From an uncultured Chloroflexia bacterium (GTDB taxonomy: Bacteria > Chloroflexota > Limnocylindria > Limnocylindrales > CSP1-4): a stretch of DNA of 64,000 nucleotides. The notes beneath the pieces are model-generated. The model was not told where the DNA came from. It worked only from the letters and a program-made list of their open reading frames with translations, and ran no database searches. Below are positions 39,890-49,304 of this stretch, in pieces (positions within the stretch are counted from its first letter, which is position 1; each line of letters begins with the position of its first letter). The DNA is taken from the NCBI GenBank assembly GCA_963713975.1, contig OY970218.1, positions 2,880,001 through 2,944,000 on the forward strand. The letters run 5' to 3'. The translations under genes and the position numbers were made by a program.

Positions 39890-40167
39890 CTGAGGCCACC
39901 GGACCGGAGGCGACCGTCGAGGTCGAAGCGCTCGCCTATGACGATGCGTTCGCCGAGCTCCAGCGCGTAGTTGCGGCGCTCGAGGCGGGTGGGCAGTCCC
40001 TGGAGGCGACGATCGGCCTGTACGAGCGGGCCGTCGCCCTGCAGCGGCGGTGCGAGCGCCTCCTGGCGGAGGCCGAGCTCAGGGTCCAGCAGCTGATGGC
40101 AAAGCCCGGTGGGGCGGCGGTCGCGGTCGATGTCCGGCCGGAGGACGCGGAGGAGGAGCCGGCATGA
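39886..40167 (+). CDS. xseB: exodeoxyribonuclease VII small subunit
   Basis: YDDAFAELQRVVAALEAG..SLEATIGLYERAVAL..RCERLLAEAELRV; SD AGGAG. Confidence 0.92.
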   Translation: MTEATGPEATVEVEALAYDDAFAELQRVVAALEAGGQSLEATIGLYERAVALQRRCERLLAEAELRVQQLMAKPGGAAVAVDVRPEDAEEEPA

Positions 40168-40365
40168 CGTCCAGCCGCCATGGAGCAGTGATCCTGCTAC
40201 TATCCGATATCACATTATCCGGCCGGCGAGTGGTCGGAGCGGGCCACCACCGTCGCACCCGAGACAACCGGGGCCCTGCCGGCGACCATCGGGCCAAGGC
40301 ATCACCCGATGGCACGCCCAGCCGTCACAGCCGGCACGCCACGCCGACCACCAGGAGCTGAGCTC

Positions 40366-42501
40366 GTGCCGATCCTCGACCGCCTCCAGGACCCTGCGGA
40401 GCTCCGTGGACTCTCGGAGCCCGAGCTGGACCAGCTCGCCGCCGAGATTCGGGAGACGATCATCCGCACCGTCGCCACCACTGGTGGCCACCTGGGGTCG
40501 TCGCTGGGCGTCGTCGAGGTTACCCTGGCGCTGCATCGCCTGCTGGAGTCGCCGCGCGACAGGATCGTGTGGGATACGGGACACCAGGCGTATGCGCACA
40601 AGTTGCTGACCGGACGCCTCGGACGCTTCGACACGCTGCGCCAGATCGACGGCATCGGCGGGTTCCCGCGGCGCACAGAATCCGAGCACGACGTGTTCGA
40701 CGGCGGCCATGCCGGCACCGGGCTGTCGATCGCCCAGGGCCTCGCGACGGCCCGGGACCTGCGGCACTCGATGGAACGGGTTGCCGTCGTCGTCGGCGAT
40801 GCCGCATTGCTCTCGGGCCTGTCGCTCGAGGCGCTCAACGACATCGGGCACCGCCAGACACAGCTCCTGATCGTGCTCAACGACAACGAGATGTCGATCA
40901 GCCCGTCGGTCGGGGCGATCTCGAAGTACCTGTCCGAGATCAAGCTGTCGCAGGCCTGGCAGCAGGGCAAGGGCGCCTGGGACACCGCGACCGAGCACGT
41001 CCCGGTGGTCGGACCGCGGCTCCTCGAGATCAGCCGCCGGTTCCGCCAGTCGGTCGTCACGTTCGCGCAGCCCGGCCAGCTGTTCGAGGACCTGGGGATT
41101 ACCTACATCGGCGTCATGCCCGGCCACGATCGCCCCGCGCTCGAGGAGACGTTCCGGCGGGCGCTGGCCCTCAACGGTCCGGTCATCGTGCATGTCCGCA
41201 CCCAGAAGGGCAAGGGCTACAAGCCGGCCGAGGCAGACCAGATCTCGTTCCACGGCGCCGCCCTGCCGCCGATCACGCTCGCGCCGACGACCGACGCGCT
41301 TGACCGCGTCACGAGCCCAAGGGCCAACGGCGACGGCATGTCCTCGTCGGCGGCGGGCGGCTCCTCCGTGACCCATTCACGCGAGGCCGACGAGGGAGCC
41401 CCGCCTTCGGCGTCGGTCATGGCCGATCGCCGGACCCACGAGACGTCCGAGCGTGCGACCGATGGTGACGCCGTGGCGCCGGCACCCGGTGCGTCGGACG
41501 GGGATCCCCAGAACACCCGGCGGCAGCCCAACTACACCGCGTACTTCGCCCTGGAGCTGGTCGCGATGGCGGAACAGGACCGGCGCATCGTGGGCATCAC
41601 CGCGGGCATGCCCACGGGCACCGGCATGTCCAAGCTCCAGGCCGCCTACCCGGAGCGGTTCATCGACGTGGGCATCGCGGAGCAGCATGCCGTCACCCTT
41701 GCCACCGGCCTCGCGCTGGGCGGCATGCGCCCGGTCGTGGCGCTCTACTCCACGTTCCTGCAGCGAGCGTTCGACCAGACCGTCCACGACGTCTGCCAGA
41801 ACGACGCCCCGGTGCTGCTCGCCGTGGACCGCGCAGGCCTGGTGGGCGAGGACGGCACCAGCCACCAGGGGATGTTCACGATCCCGGCCCAGCGGATGCT
41901 GCCCAACCTCGTCATCGCGAGCCCGCGTGACGAGCAGGAGCTCCGCTCGCTGGTGCGGACCGCGCTGGCCCAGGACCATCCGTTCGCGCTGCACTACCCG
42001 CGCGATGCCGGCTTCGGCATACCCGAGCGGGAGCCGGAGGTGCTGCCGGTCGGTCGCGGCGAGACGCTGCGCGAGGGTCGCGACCTGCTGTTCGTGACGT
42101 TCGGGCCCATCACGGCCCGGGCCCTGGAGGCCGCCGACAGGCTGGAGGCGCACGGCTGGTCGGTCGGCGTGATCAACGCGCGCTTTGCCAAGCCGCTCGA
42201 CCGCGAGCTCATCCTCGACGGTGCCCGCGACAAGCGGCTGGTCGTGACCTTCGAGGAGAGCGTGGTCACGGGCGGGTTCGGAGCCGGCGTGCTCGAGATG
42301 CTCGAGGAGGCCCGCCTCGCCGATCCCGCGCTGCGCGACATCCCGGTCCGGATCCTCGGGATCCCGGGTGACCGGTTCGTGGACCACGGGTCGGTCACCG
42401 ACCTGCGGCGCCTGATCCGGCTCGACGTCTCGGGCCTCACCGCCCAGGTCCAGGAGACGCTCGACCTCCTCGGGATCCAGTCTCCGGTGGCCGCCGGCTG
42501 A
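40366..42501 (+). CDS. dxs: 1-deoxy-D-xylulose-5-phosphate synthase
   Basis: GGHLGSSLG, WDTGHQAYAHK, GDAAL..G..EALN, LNDNEMSIS, KGKGY, DVGIAEQHA, YSTFLQRAFDQ, GEDGTSHQG. Confidence 0.96.
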   Translation: MPILDRLQDPAELRGLSEPELDQLAAEIRETIIRTVATTGGHLGSSLGVVEVTLALHRLLESPRDRIVWDTGHQAYAHKLLTGRLGRFDTLRQIDGIGGFPRRTESEHDVFDGGHAGTGLSIAQGLATARDLRHSMERVAVVVGDAALLSGLSLEALNDIGHRQTQLLIVLNDNEMSISPSVGAISKYLSEIKLSQAWQQGKGAWDTATEHVPVVGPRLLEISRRFRQSVVTFAQPGQLFEDLGITYIGVMPGHDRPALEETFRRALALNGPVIVHVRTQKGKGYKPAEADQISFHGAALPPITLAPTTDALDRVTSPRANGDGMSSSAAGGSSVTHSREADEGAPPSASVMADRRTHETSERATDGDAVAPAPGASDGDPQNTRRQPNYTAYFALELVAMAEQDRRIVGITAGMPTGTGMSKLQAAYPERFIDVGIAEQHAVTLATGLALGGMRPVVALYSTFLQRAFDQTVHDVCQNDAPVLLAVDRAGLVGEDGTSHQGMFTIPAQRMLPNLVIASPRDEQELRSLVRTALAQDHPFALHYPRDAGFGIPEREPEVLPVGRGETLREGRDLLFVTFGPITARALEAADRLEAHGWSVGVINARFAKPLDRELILDGARDKRLVVTFEESVVTGGFGAGVLEMLEEARLADPALRDIPVRILGIPGDRFVDHGSVTDLRRLIRLDVSGLTAQVQETLDLLGIQSPVAAG

Positions 42502-42552
42502 CGCTCGCGCGGCGCGCCCCGTCATTGCCCGGCTGTGGCACGATCCACGTTG

Positions 42553-42855
42553 ATGAGCCACCCGTCCGTCACCAGGCAGCGCGAGACCGCCCCCGTTGAC
42601 GAGCTGGACGTCGATCCCGCGCTTGCCCGGCGGTGGGTGGTGGTCGTGTGGAACGATCCCGTCAACCTCATGACCTACGTCACCTACGTGTTCCGGAAGC
42701 TGTTCGGGTACAGCCACGCCCGGGCGACCGCGCTCATGCTGCAGGTCCACCACGAGGGCCGTGCCGTGGTCTCGGGCGGCACGCAGGAGCGGTGCGAGCA
42801 CGACGCCTCGCGCCTGCATGCCCACGGGTTGTGGGCGACGATCCAGCAGGACTGA
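42553..42855 (+). CDS. clpS: ATP-dependent Clp protease adaptor ClpS
   Basis: [24 protein letters not shown]...[13 protein letters not shown]...LHAHGLWAT. Confidence 0.93.
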   Translation: MSHPSVTRQRETAPVDELDVDPALARRWVVVVWNDPVNLMTYVTYVFRKLFGYSHARATALMLQVHHEGRAVVSGGTQERCEHDASRLHAHGLWATIQQD

Positions 42856-42861
42856 TCACCC

Positions 42862-43374
42862 ATGAGCGAGCCCGGACCGCCCGTCACGCGGAGCGGCCAC
42901 GACCGGTTCCGGTTGCACCTCGACCCGCAGGAGCGCGAGGTGATCGCCTCGCTCGTCAGGGAGCTTCGGCAGGAGCTGGACGAGCAGGCGAACGGGCCAC
43001 AAGCTGCCGGGCTCGCGCGACTCCATCCTGCGGCATTCCCGGACGATCCGGTACGGGAGGCTGCGTACATCGACCTCGTCGGGGCCGATCTCGAGGACGG
43101 TCGCCGGCGAAGGCTAGCGGTCGTCGAGCAGACGGTGGACGAGACCGAGCTCGACGAGGAGCAGGCGGCCGCATGGCTCGGTGCCTGCAACGATCTCCGC
43201 CTGGTCCTCGGGACCAGCCTGGGCGTGACGGACGGCGATGACGAGGCGGCCATCCGGCCCGACGACCCTGACGCGAGGAGGCGGATCGTGTACGCGTACC
43301 TGGGCTGGCTCGTCGGGTCCCTCGTGGACGCCCTCGCGGCCGGGCTGCCCGAGGACCCTGCGACCTCTGCCTGA
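42862..43374 (+). CDS. DUF2017 family protein
   Basis: LARLHPAAFPDDP, AAAWLGACNDLRLVLGTSLGV, YAYLGWL; follows clpS as in Actinobacteria. Confidence 0.8.
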   Translation: MSEPGPPVTRSGHDRFRLHLDPQEREVIASLVRELRQELDEQANGPQAAGLARLHPAAFPDDPVREAAYIDLVGADLEDGRRRRLAVVEQTVDETELDEEQAAAWLGACNDLRLVLGTSLGVTDGDDEAAIRPDDPDARRRIVYAYLGWLVGSLVDALAAGLPEDPATSA

Positions 43375-43478
43375 CCGGCGCGGCCGCGCGCCTGCGCCAT
43401 CGGCCGGCCTCTCCGGCGCCACCGGCCGGCCCGCGCGTCGACAAGCCCCGGATGAGACGGCTGTGCCACGATAGGCAC

Positions 43479-44303
43479 ATGCCGGCCGCCACCGCCAAGC
43501 GCATCCGACTCGACCAGGTCCTCGTCGACCGTGGCCTCGTCCCGACGCGGTCGCGGGCGCAGGCGATCCTGCTCGCGGGCCAGGTGCGGGTGGGGGAGGG
43601 GGATGCGGCCCGTCATGACCTCAAGGCGGGGGACCTGGTGGACCGGAACGCCGTCGTGACTGTTGACCCAGGCCGGCAGTGGGTCAGTCGCGGTGCGCAC
43701 AAGCTGCTGGCTGCCCTGGACGCCTTCCCGGTGGATCCGTCCGGGCTCGTGGCCATGGACGTCGGCGCATCGACGGGCGGCTTCACCGAGGTGCTCCTGG
43801 CTCGCGGGGCCAGCCGTGTGTACGCCGTGGACGTGGGCTACGGCCAGCTGGCCGAGAAGCTCCGGCGTGACCCGCGCGTCGTCTCCATGGAGCGCGTGAA
43901 CGCGCGGAACCTGGTCTCGGACACGCTCCCGGAGCCCGTCACACTTGCCGTCATCGACGTCGCGTTCATCTCGCTCGCCCTTGTGCTGGGTCCGGTCCGG
44001 TCAGTGTTCCGTGATGGACCCGGGACCATCATCGCGCTGGTCAAGCCGCAGTTCGAGGCTGGACGCGCCGACGCGAAGGGCGGTGTCGTGCGGGATCGTG
44101 AGGTCCACCTGCGGGTGCTACGCGACAACGCCGCCACGGCGCGGAATGTCGGGTTGGGCGTCCGGGACGTCATCGCCTCGCCGATCCTGGGCCCGGAGGG
44201 CAACCGGGAGTTCCTGGCCTGGATGGGCCCTGGGCCATCCACCGCAAACCTGGAGAAGCGGATCGCGGTCGCGGTTGCGGCCGCCTGGGAGGATGCCTCG
44301 TGA
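43479..44303 (+). CDS. tlyA: TlyA family rRNA methyltransferase
   Basis: RLDQVLVDRGL (S4), VSRGAHKL, DVGASTGGFT, AVDVGYGQL, LVKPQFEAG, GPEGNREF. Confidence 0.94.
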   Translation: MPAATAKRIRLDQVLVDRGLVPTRSRAQAILLAGQVRVGEGDAARHDLKAGDLVDRNAVVTVDPGRQWVSRGAHKLLAALDAFPVDPSGLVAMDVGASTGGFTEVLLARGASRVYAVDVGYGQLAEKLRRDPRVVSMERVNARNLVSDTLPEPVTLAVIDVAFISLALVLGPVRSVFRDGPGTIIALVKPQFEAGRADAKGGVVRDREVHLRVLRDNAATARNVGLGVRDVIASPILGPEGNREFLAWMGPGPSTANLEKRIAVAVAAAWEDAS

Positions 44304-45142
44304 CGCTGCGCCGGATCGGGTTTGCCTACAACCCCACGATCGATGCCGCCCTCGAGCTGCGCGAGCGGGCTGCCGGCTGGTGCCAAATGCGCGGCGTGGA
44401 GCACTGGGCCGCGCCGGCCGGCGAGACGGAGGAGCTGATCGCCGGGCTCCCGGGATCGGACGTTCTGGTCGTGCTGGGCGGAGATGGCACCTTCCTCCGG
44501 GCCGCGCAGGCGGTAGCCGAGGTGGACGTGCCGCTGCTGGGCGTGAACCTGGGCAAGGTGGGCTTCCTGTCCAAGGCCGAGGCCCACGGCCTGGAGCCCG
44601 TCCTGGAGCAGCTCCGCGCGGGCACATTCACCGTCCGTGACCGCATGGGCCTGAGCGGGGCGATCCTCCCGGCGGGCCGGCCCGGCCCGACCCGCTTCAC
44701 GGCGCTCAACGACATCGTCATCGCTCGGGGCTCGCTGGCGCGTGTCGTCCGCCTGGACGTGACCATCGACGAGTCGCATCTGGCCACGTTCGTTGCCGAC
44801 GGCCTGGTCGTGTCCAGCGCCACCGGCTCGACCGGGTACTCGTTCTCGGCGGGCGGGCCGATCCTGGATCCGCTGAGCCGGAACCTCGTGGTCACGCCGA
44901 TCGCGGGCTACCTCTCGGCCATCCGGTCGATCGTCGTGTCGCGGGACCAGGTGGTGCGCTGCCGGGTGCTGGACGCGCACGAGGCACTGGTGTCCATCGA
45001 CGGCCGCGAAGACCACGGGATCCAGGTGGGGGACGTGGTCGAGATCCGTGCCCTAGAGCGTCCGATCCGGTTCGTGGAGCCCGATGGCGCCATGCCGTTC
45101 TGGGACCTGCTGCGCACGAAGGTCGAGCTGCTGCCATCCTGA
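44300..45142 (+). CDS. nadK: NAD(+) kinase
   Basis: LGGDGTFL, GVNLGKVGFL, ALNDIV, ADGLVVSSATGSTGYSFSAGGP. Confidence 0.95.
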   Translation: MTLRRIGFAYNPTIDAALELRERAAGWCQMRGVEHWAAPAGETEELIAGLPGSDVLVVLGGDGTFLRAAQAVAEVDVPLLGVNLGKVGFLSKAEAHGLEPVLEQLRAGTFTVRDRMGLSGAILPAGRPGPTRFTALNDIVIARGSLARVVRLDVTIDESHLATFVADGLVVSSATGSTGYSFSAGGPILDPLSRNLVVTPIAGYLSAIRSIVVSRDQVVRCRVLDAHEALVSIDGREDHGIQVGDVVEIRALERPIRFVEPDGAMPFWDLLRTKVELLPS

Positions 45143-46872
45143 TGGTGTCAACCGAGGCTGACTCCCGGCGCCCGGGCCGGCTGCTCGAGCTGGCGGTGAG
45201 CGATCTCGCGCTCATCGACCGCCTGCGGCTGCCGCTCGAGGCCGGCTTCAACGCGCTTACCGGGGAGACCGGAGCGGGCAAGAGCCTGTTGATCGACGCC
45301 CTCGGCCTGGCGACCGGCGCGCGCGCCGACACGACGCTGGTCCGGCACGGGGCCGAGAGCGCGCGCGTGGAGGCCCTGTTCGACAGGGTGCCGGAGCCGC
45401 TCATCGCCGTGCGGGAGGTCGGCGCGGGCGGGCGCTCCACCGCACGCCTGGACGACGAGACCGTCACGGCCGGCCGCCTCGCACTGGCGACGGGCGGTCT
45501 GGTCGAGATCCACGGGCAGCACGACCAGCAGCGCCTGTTGGACGAGGACTGGCAGCGGGACCTGCTCGACGCGTTCGGCGGTCACGCGGAGGCGAGGGCG
45601 CTCGTGGCCGGTGCCGTGGAGCGCTGGAGGTCGAACCGGGCGGCGTTGACCGAGCTGTCCATGGATCCTCGCGAGCTGGTGCGCAGGCTGGAGCTCCATG
45701 AGCACGAGGCATCCGAGATCGCAGCCGCCGGGCTGCGGGTGGGCGAGGCCGCTGAGATCACCCGGCAGCTCGCGTCAGCCCAGCACGGCGAGACCATCGC
45801 GTCGGGCGCGGCCACAGTGCGCGAGACGCTCCTCGCGGAGGGACGCGGTGCACGAGAGCGCGTGGCGCTCGCTGAGCGCGAGGTCCGGGTCCTGGCGCGG
45901 CTCGATGGGCGATGGGGTGCTCTCGCGGATCGCCTTGCGGGCCTCGAGGCGGAGCTCGAGGACGTGGCCGCCGAGGCGAGGGCACTGGCCGGGGCCGTGG
46001 ACCACGACCCCAACAGCCTGGCCCTCCTGGAGGATCGCCTCGGCGACATCCACCGGCTCCTCCGACGCTATGGAGACGACGAGGAGGCCGTCATCGCGCA
46101 CGGCGAGCGAGCCGCGGCAGAGGCCGCCCGGCTGCGCGGTCTCGAGGACGAGCGTGCCGGGCGGGCCCGGGAGGACGCCCGCCTGCTGCTGGAGGTGGCC
46201 GACGCCGCGGCTTCGCTGTCGATCCTGCGCCACGGGACCGCCGACGAGCTGGGCCGCGCCGTATCCGCGGTCCTGGCCGAGCTCGGCTTCCCGGCCGAGG
46301 CGTTCTCGGTGTCCCTGGGCCGCCGCCCAGCCGCCCGCGACGACCCCGCGGTGGAGGTGGATGGGGACGCGGTCGCGTTCGACGCCAGCGGGATCGACAC
46401 GGTCGTGTTCACCTTCCGGCCGAACCCGGGCGAGCCCGCGCGACCCATGGCACGGATCGCATCGGGGGGCGAGCTGTCGCGGGTTGCCCTCGCGGTGAAG
46501 CAGGTGCTGGCGGACGTGGACGAGACCCCGACGCTCGTGTTCGACGAGATTGACACCGGTATCGGGAGCCGGAGCGCAGACCCGGTGGGCCGCAGCCTGT
46601 GGACCCTCGCTCGTGATCACCAGGTCCTGTGCGTGACCCACCTGCCGCAGATCGCCGCCTACGCGGACGCCCACTACCGGATTGCCAAGCGCGAGCGGGC
46701 CGGCCGGACCGTGACCGAGATCACGCGCCTAGACCACGACGGGCGGGTGGCAGAGCTGGCCCTGATGATCGGGGGGCCGTCCGGGGGCGAGGCGGCCGTC
46801 CTCTCCGCGCGGGACCTGCTGGACCGTGCGGAGTGCTGGCGGGCCGGGCGGTCGGCCGGGGCCGGCGCCTGA
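45142..46872 (+). CDS. recN: DNA repair protein RecN
   Basis: LTGETGAGKS, EIHGQHD, IASGGELSR, FDEIDTG, CVTHLPQIA. Confidence 0.95.
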   Translation: MVSTEADSRRPGRLLELAVSDLALIDRLRLPLEAGFNALTGETGAGKSLLIDALGLATGARADTTLVRHGAESARVEALFDRVPEPLIAVREVGAGGRSTARLDDETVTAGRLALATGGLVEIHGQHDQQRLLDEDWQRDLLDAFGGHAEARALVAGAVERWRSNRAALTELSMDPRELVRRLELHEHEASEIAAAGLRVGEAAEITRQLASAQHGETIASGAATVRETLLAEGRGARERVALAEREVRVLARLDGRWGALADRLAGLEAELEDVAAEARALAGAVDHDPNSLALLEDRLGDIHRLLRRYGDDEEAVIAHGERAAAEAARLRGLEDERAGRAREDARLLLEVADAAASLSILRHGTADELGRAVSAVLAELGFPAEAFSVSLGRRPAARDDPAVEVDGDAVAFDASGIDTVVFTFRPNPGEPARPMARIASGGELSRVALAVKQVLADVDETPTLVFDEIDTGIGSRSADPVGRSLWTLARDHQVLCVTHLPQIAAYADAHYRIAKRERAGRTVTEITRLDHDGRVAELALMIGGPSGGEAAVLSARDLLDRAECWRAGRSAGAGA

Positions 46873-46885
46873 CGCCGGGACGCAC

Positions 46886-47857
46886 GTGACCGTCGATCTG
46901 GACCGGGCCGTCGAGGACTACCTGACCTACCTGCGGGTCGAGCGTGGCCTCGCGGACGCGACCCTCCGCGCGTATCGCTCCGATCTCGGCGACTTCGCCA
47001 TGAGTCGGGGCGCGACCCGTGACTGGGCGTCCGGCCCGGAGGTGGCGCTCCGCTACCTCGCCGCGCGAGCCCGTCGCGGCCGCCCGCGGGATCCGGGCCT
47101 GGCACCCACGAGCCTCCGCCGCCGGACCGCGGCCATCCGCGGCTTCTACCGGTTCGCGTTTGGGGACGGCCTGATCTGTGTCGATGTCGCGCCGCACCTG
47201 GACCTGCCGCGCCAGCCGCGCCTGCTGCCCGAGACCCTGACGATCGAGGAGGTGGACCGGCTCCTCGAGGCGTCCGGCGGCGCCCCGACCGCGAGCAGGG
47301 GGCGCGGCCGACGCCGGGGAGGGGGCGATGCGGAGGGAGTCGCCCTGCGCAACCGGGCCCTGCTGGAGCTGCTCTACGCCGCCGGGCTGCGCGTGTCCGA
47401 GGCGCTCCAGCTCGACGTCGAGCACCTGGCGCGGGAGGCCGCCTACGTGCGCGTGATCGGCAAGGGCGACCGTGAGCGCGTCGTCCCGGTGGGGGAGGTG
47501 GCCCTCGGCTGGATCGACCGCTACCTGGCGTGGCCCCGGGCCGCGTGGCTGGCGGGGGCCGGAGAGGGTGATGGCCCGAGGACGCCGCTGTTCGTGACGC
47601 GGGGCGGACGCCGCCTGGGGCGGCAGGCTGCGTGGGCGGCCGTGAAGGCCGCGGCCGATGCCGCCGACCTCGGTGACCGTGTCTCCCCGCACACCCTCCG
47701 CCATTCCTTCGCGACCCACCTCCTGGAGGGCGGGGCCGACCTGCGGGTCGTGCAGGAGTTGCTGGGCCATGCAAGCATTGCCACCACGCAGTTGTACACA
47801 CACGTCACCGGGGAGCGGATCCGGGAGGTCTACGCCCGCGCGCATCCGCGGGCCTGA
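46886..47857 (+). CDS. xerD: site-specific tyrosine recombinase XerD
   Basis: VERGLADATLRAY, ELLYAAGLRVSE, GKGDRERVVP, SPHTLRHSFATHLLEGGADLR, LGHASIATTQLYTH. Confidence 0.9.
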   Translation: MTVDLDRAVEDYLTYLRVERGLADATLRAYRSDLGDFAMSRGATRDWASGPEVALRYLAARARRGRPRDPGLAPTSLRRRTAAIRGFYRFAFGDGLICVDVAPHLDLPRQPRLLPETLTIEEVDRLLEASGGAPTASRGRGRRRGGGDAEGVALRNRALLELLYAAGLRVSEALQLDVEHLAREAAYVRVIGKGDRERVVPVGEVALGWIDRYLAWPRAAWLAGAGEGDGPRTPLFVTRGGRRLGRQAAWAAVKAAADAADLGDRVSPHTLRHSFATHLLEGGADLRVVQELLGHASIATTQLYTHVTGERIREVYARAHPRA

Positions 47858-47875
47858 GGGAGGACGAGGGACACC

Positions 47876-48628
47876 GTGGGCTACACCGAGTCGCTGCTTG
47901 CCAACGGCGAGCGCATCGTCCGTACGGCGCACCAGCACTGGTTCATCCTCGTGTGGCGGGCGCGTTGGGCAGTGCTCGGCCTGATCATCGCGGTGCTCCT
48001 CATGATCTTCCGGGTGCTCAACCCGGACGCCAGCGGCTTGCTGTGGGACCTCCTGGGGTGGGCGGCGCTGATCCTGGTCATCATCGGTGTCGTCGGCTTC
48101 GCCTGGGGTGCCCTCACCTTCAGGAGCGAGGAGTACGTGATCACGAGCCGGCGGATCATCCATACGCGAGGTGTGATCAACAAGCGGGCCACGGACTCGT
48201 CCCTCGAGAAGATCAACGACGCGGTCCTCGTGGAGTCGGTCTTCGGCCGCATCTTCGGGTTTGGGAACCTCGAGGTCCTCACCGCGTCCGAGGCCGGCAT
48301 CGAGCACCTCCAGATGCTGCGCGATGCGAAGGAGTTCAAGAAGGCGATGCTCGAGGCCAAGCACGAGCTGGAGCTGGAGTTGAGCCGGCCCACCATGCCG
48401 CCCGTCCGCGCCACAGAGCCCGCCAAGGCTCCGCCGGTCGTGGTCCCGGCGGCCGCTGTGGCGCCCGTTCCTGCCGTCGCCCCCTTCGCGCCGCCACGCA
48501 CGCCGGAGATCGACACCGCCGAGGAGGTTGCGGACGCGCTGAAGGGCCTCGGCGAGCTGCGGGACAAGGGGATCCTCACGCAGGCCGAGTTCGACGCGAA
48601 GAAGTCGGAGCTGCTCGGGCGGCTGTAG
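47876..48628 (+). CDS. membrane protein with bacterial PH domain and C-terminal SHOCT
   Basis: Two TMs, YVITSRRII..RGVI, GRIFGFGNL; tail LGELRDKGILTQAEFDAKKSELL. Confidence 0.85.
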   Translation: MGYTESLLANGERIVRTAHQHWFILVWRARWAVLGLIIAVLLMIFRVLNPDASGLLWDLLGWAALILVIIGVVGFAWGALTFRSEEYVITSRRIIHTRGVINKRATDSSLEKINDAVLVESVFGRIFGFGNLEVLTASEAGIEHLQMLRDAKEFKKAMLEAKHELELELSRPTMPPVRATEPAKAPPVVVPAAAVAPVPAVAPFAPPRTPEIDTAEEVADALKGLGELRDKGILTQAEFDAKKSELLGRL

Positions 48629-48680
48629 CCACGAAGCCGGGTAGGATACGCGGGACCCCCAAGACCCCCACGAGGCCCGC

Positions 48681-49304
48681 GTGAACGACATCGTCCTCAA
48701 TCTCGTGATGATCGCGATCTTCCTCGGGATCGCGTTCCCGGTGCACGAGTTTTCGCACGCCGCGGTCGCCTACATGCGCGGCGATGCCACGGCGAAGCTG
48801 TTCGGGCGGATGACGCTCAACCCGATCGTCCACTTCGACCCGATCGGCGGCATGATGGTCGTGGTCTCGATCTTCCTCGGCGGCTTCCTGATCGGCTGGG
48901 CGAAGCCGACACCCGTCAACGTCGGCAACCTGCGCGACCGCAGGAACGACGAGATGCTGGTGGCGCTCGCTGGCCCGGCGTCGAACATGGTGATGGCCCT
49001 CATCGGGGCGTTCGCCATCCGGGTCCTGGTGGCCCTCCAGGTGGACGTCCCGATCCTGTTCGCGCAGGGGCTGACCTACTTCCTCGTGTTCAATATCATG
49101 CTGGCCATCTTCAACCTGATCCCGATCCCGCCGCTCGACGGGTCCACCCTGCTGTTCCGGTTCCTCCCGCCGGAGCGCGCGTGGCAGATCCGGCCAATCC
49201 TGGCCCAGTACGGGATCTTCCTGATCCTCGGTTTTGTGCTCCTTGCCGGCCAGGTCCTCTCCGGCTTCATCTGGAACGTTGCGGTCTTCCTGGCCGGCGG
49301 GTAA
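48681..49304 (+). CDS. site-2 protease family (M50) protein
   Basis: HEFSH, TLNPIVHFDPIG, VALAGPASN, FNLIPIPPLDG. Confidence 0.92.
   Translation: MNDIVLNLVMIAIFLGIAFPVHEFSHAAVAYMRGDATAKLFGRMTLNPIVHFDPIGGMMVVVSIFLGGFLIGWAKPTPVNVGNLRDRRNDEMLVALAGPASNMVMALIGAFAIRVLVALQVDVPILFAQGLTYFLVFNIMLAIFNLIPIPPLDGSTLLFRFLPPERAWQIRPILAQYGIFLILGFVLLAGQVLSGFIWNVAVFLAGG

Noticed and set aside
40164-40361. 65-aa ORF starting in the xseB stop
   Set aside because: Atypical codons (CTA CTA, ACA TTA) across the dxs promoter; more likely non-coding.
40204-40365. TPP riboswitch upstream of dxs
   Set aside because: No CUGAGA or other TPP aptamer consensus found.
46886-47857. Integrase of a mobile element
   Set aside because: Sequence and recN/scpAB context match chromosomal XerD; no att sites or cargo seen.
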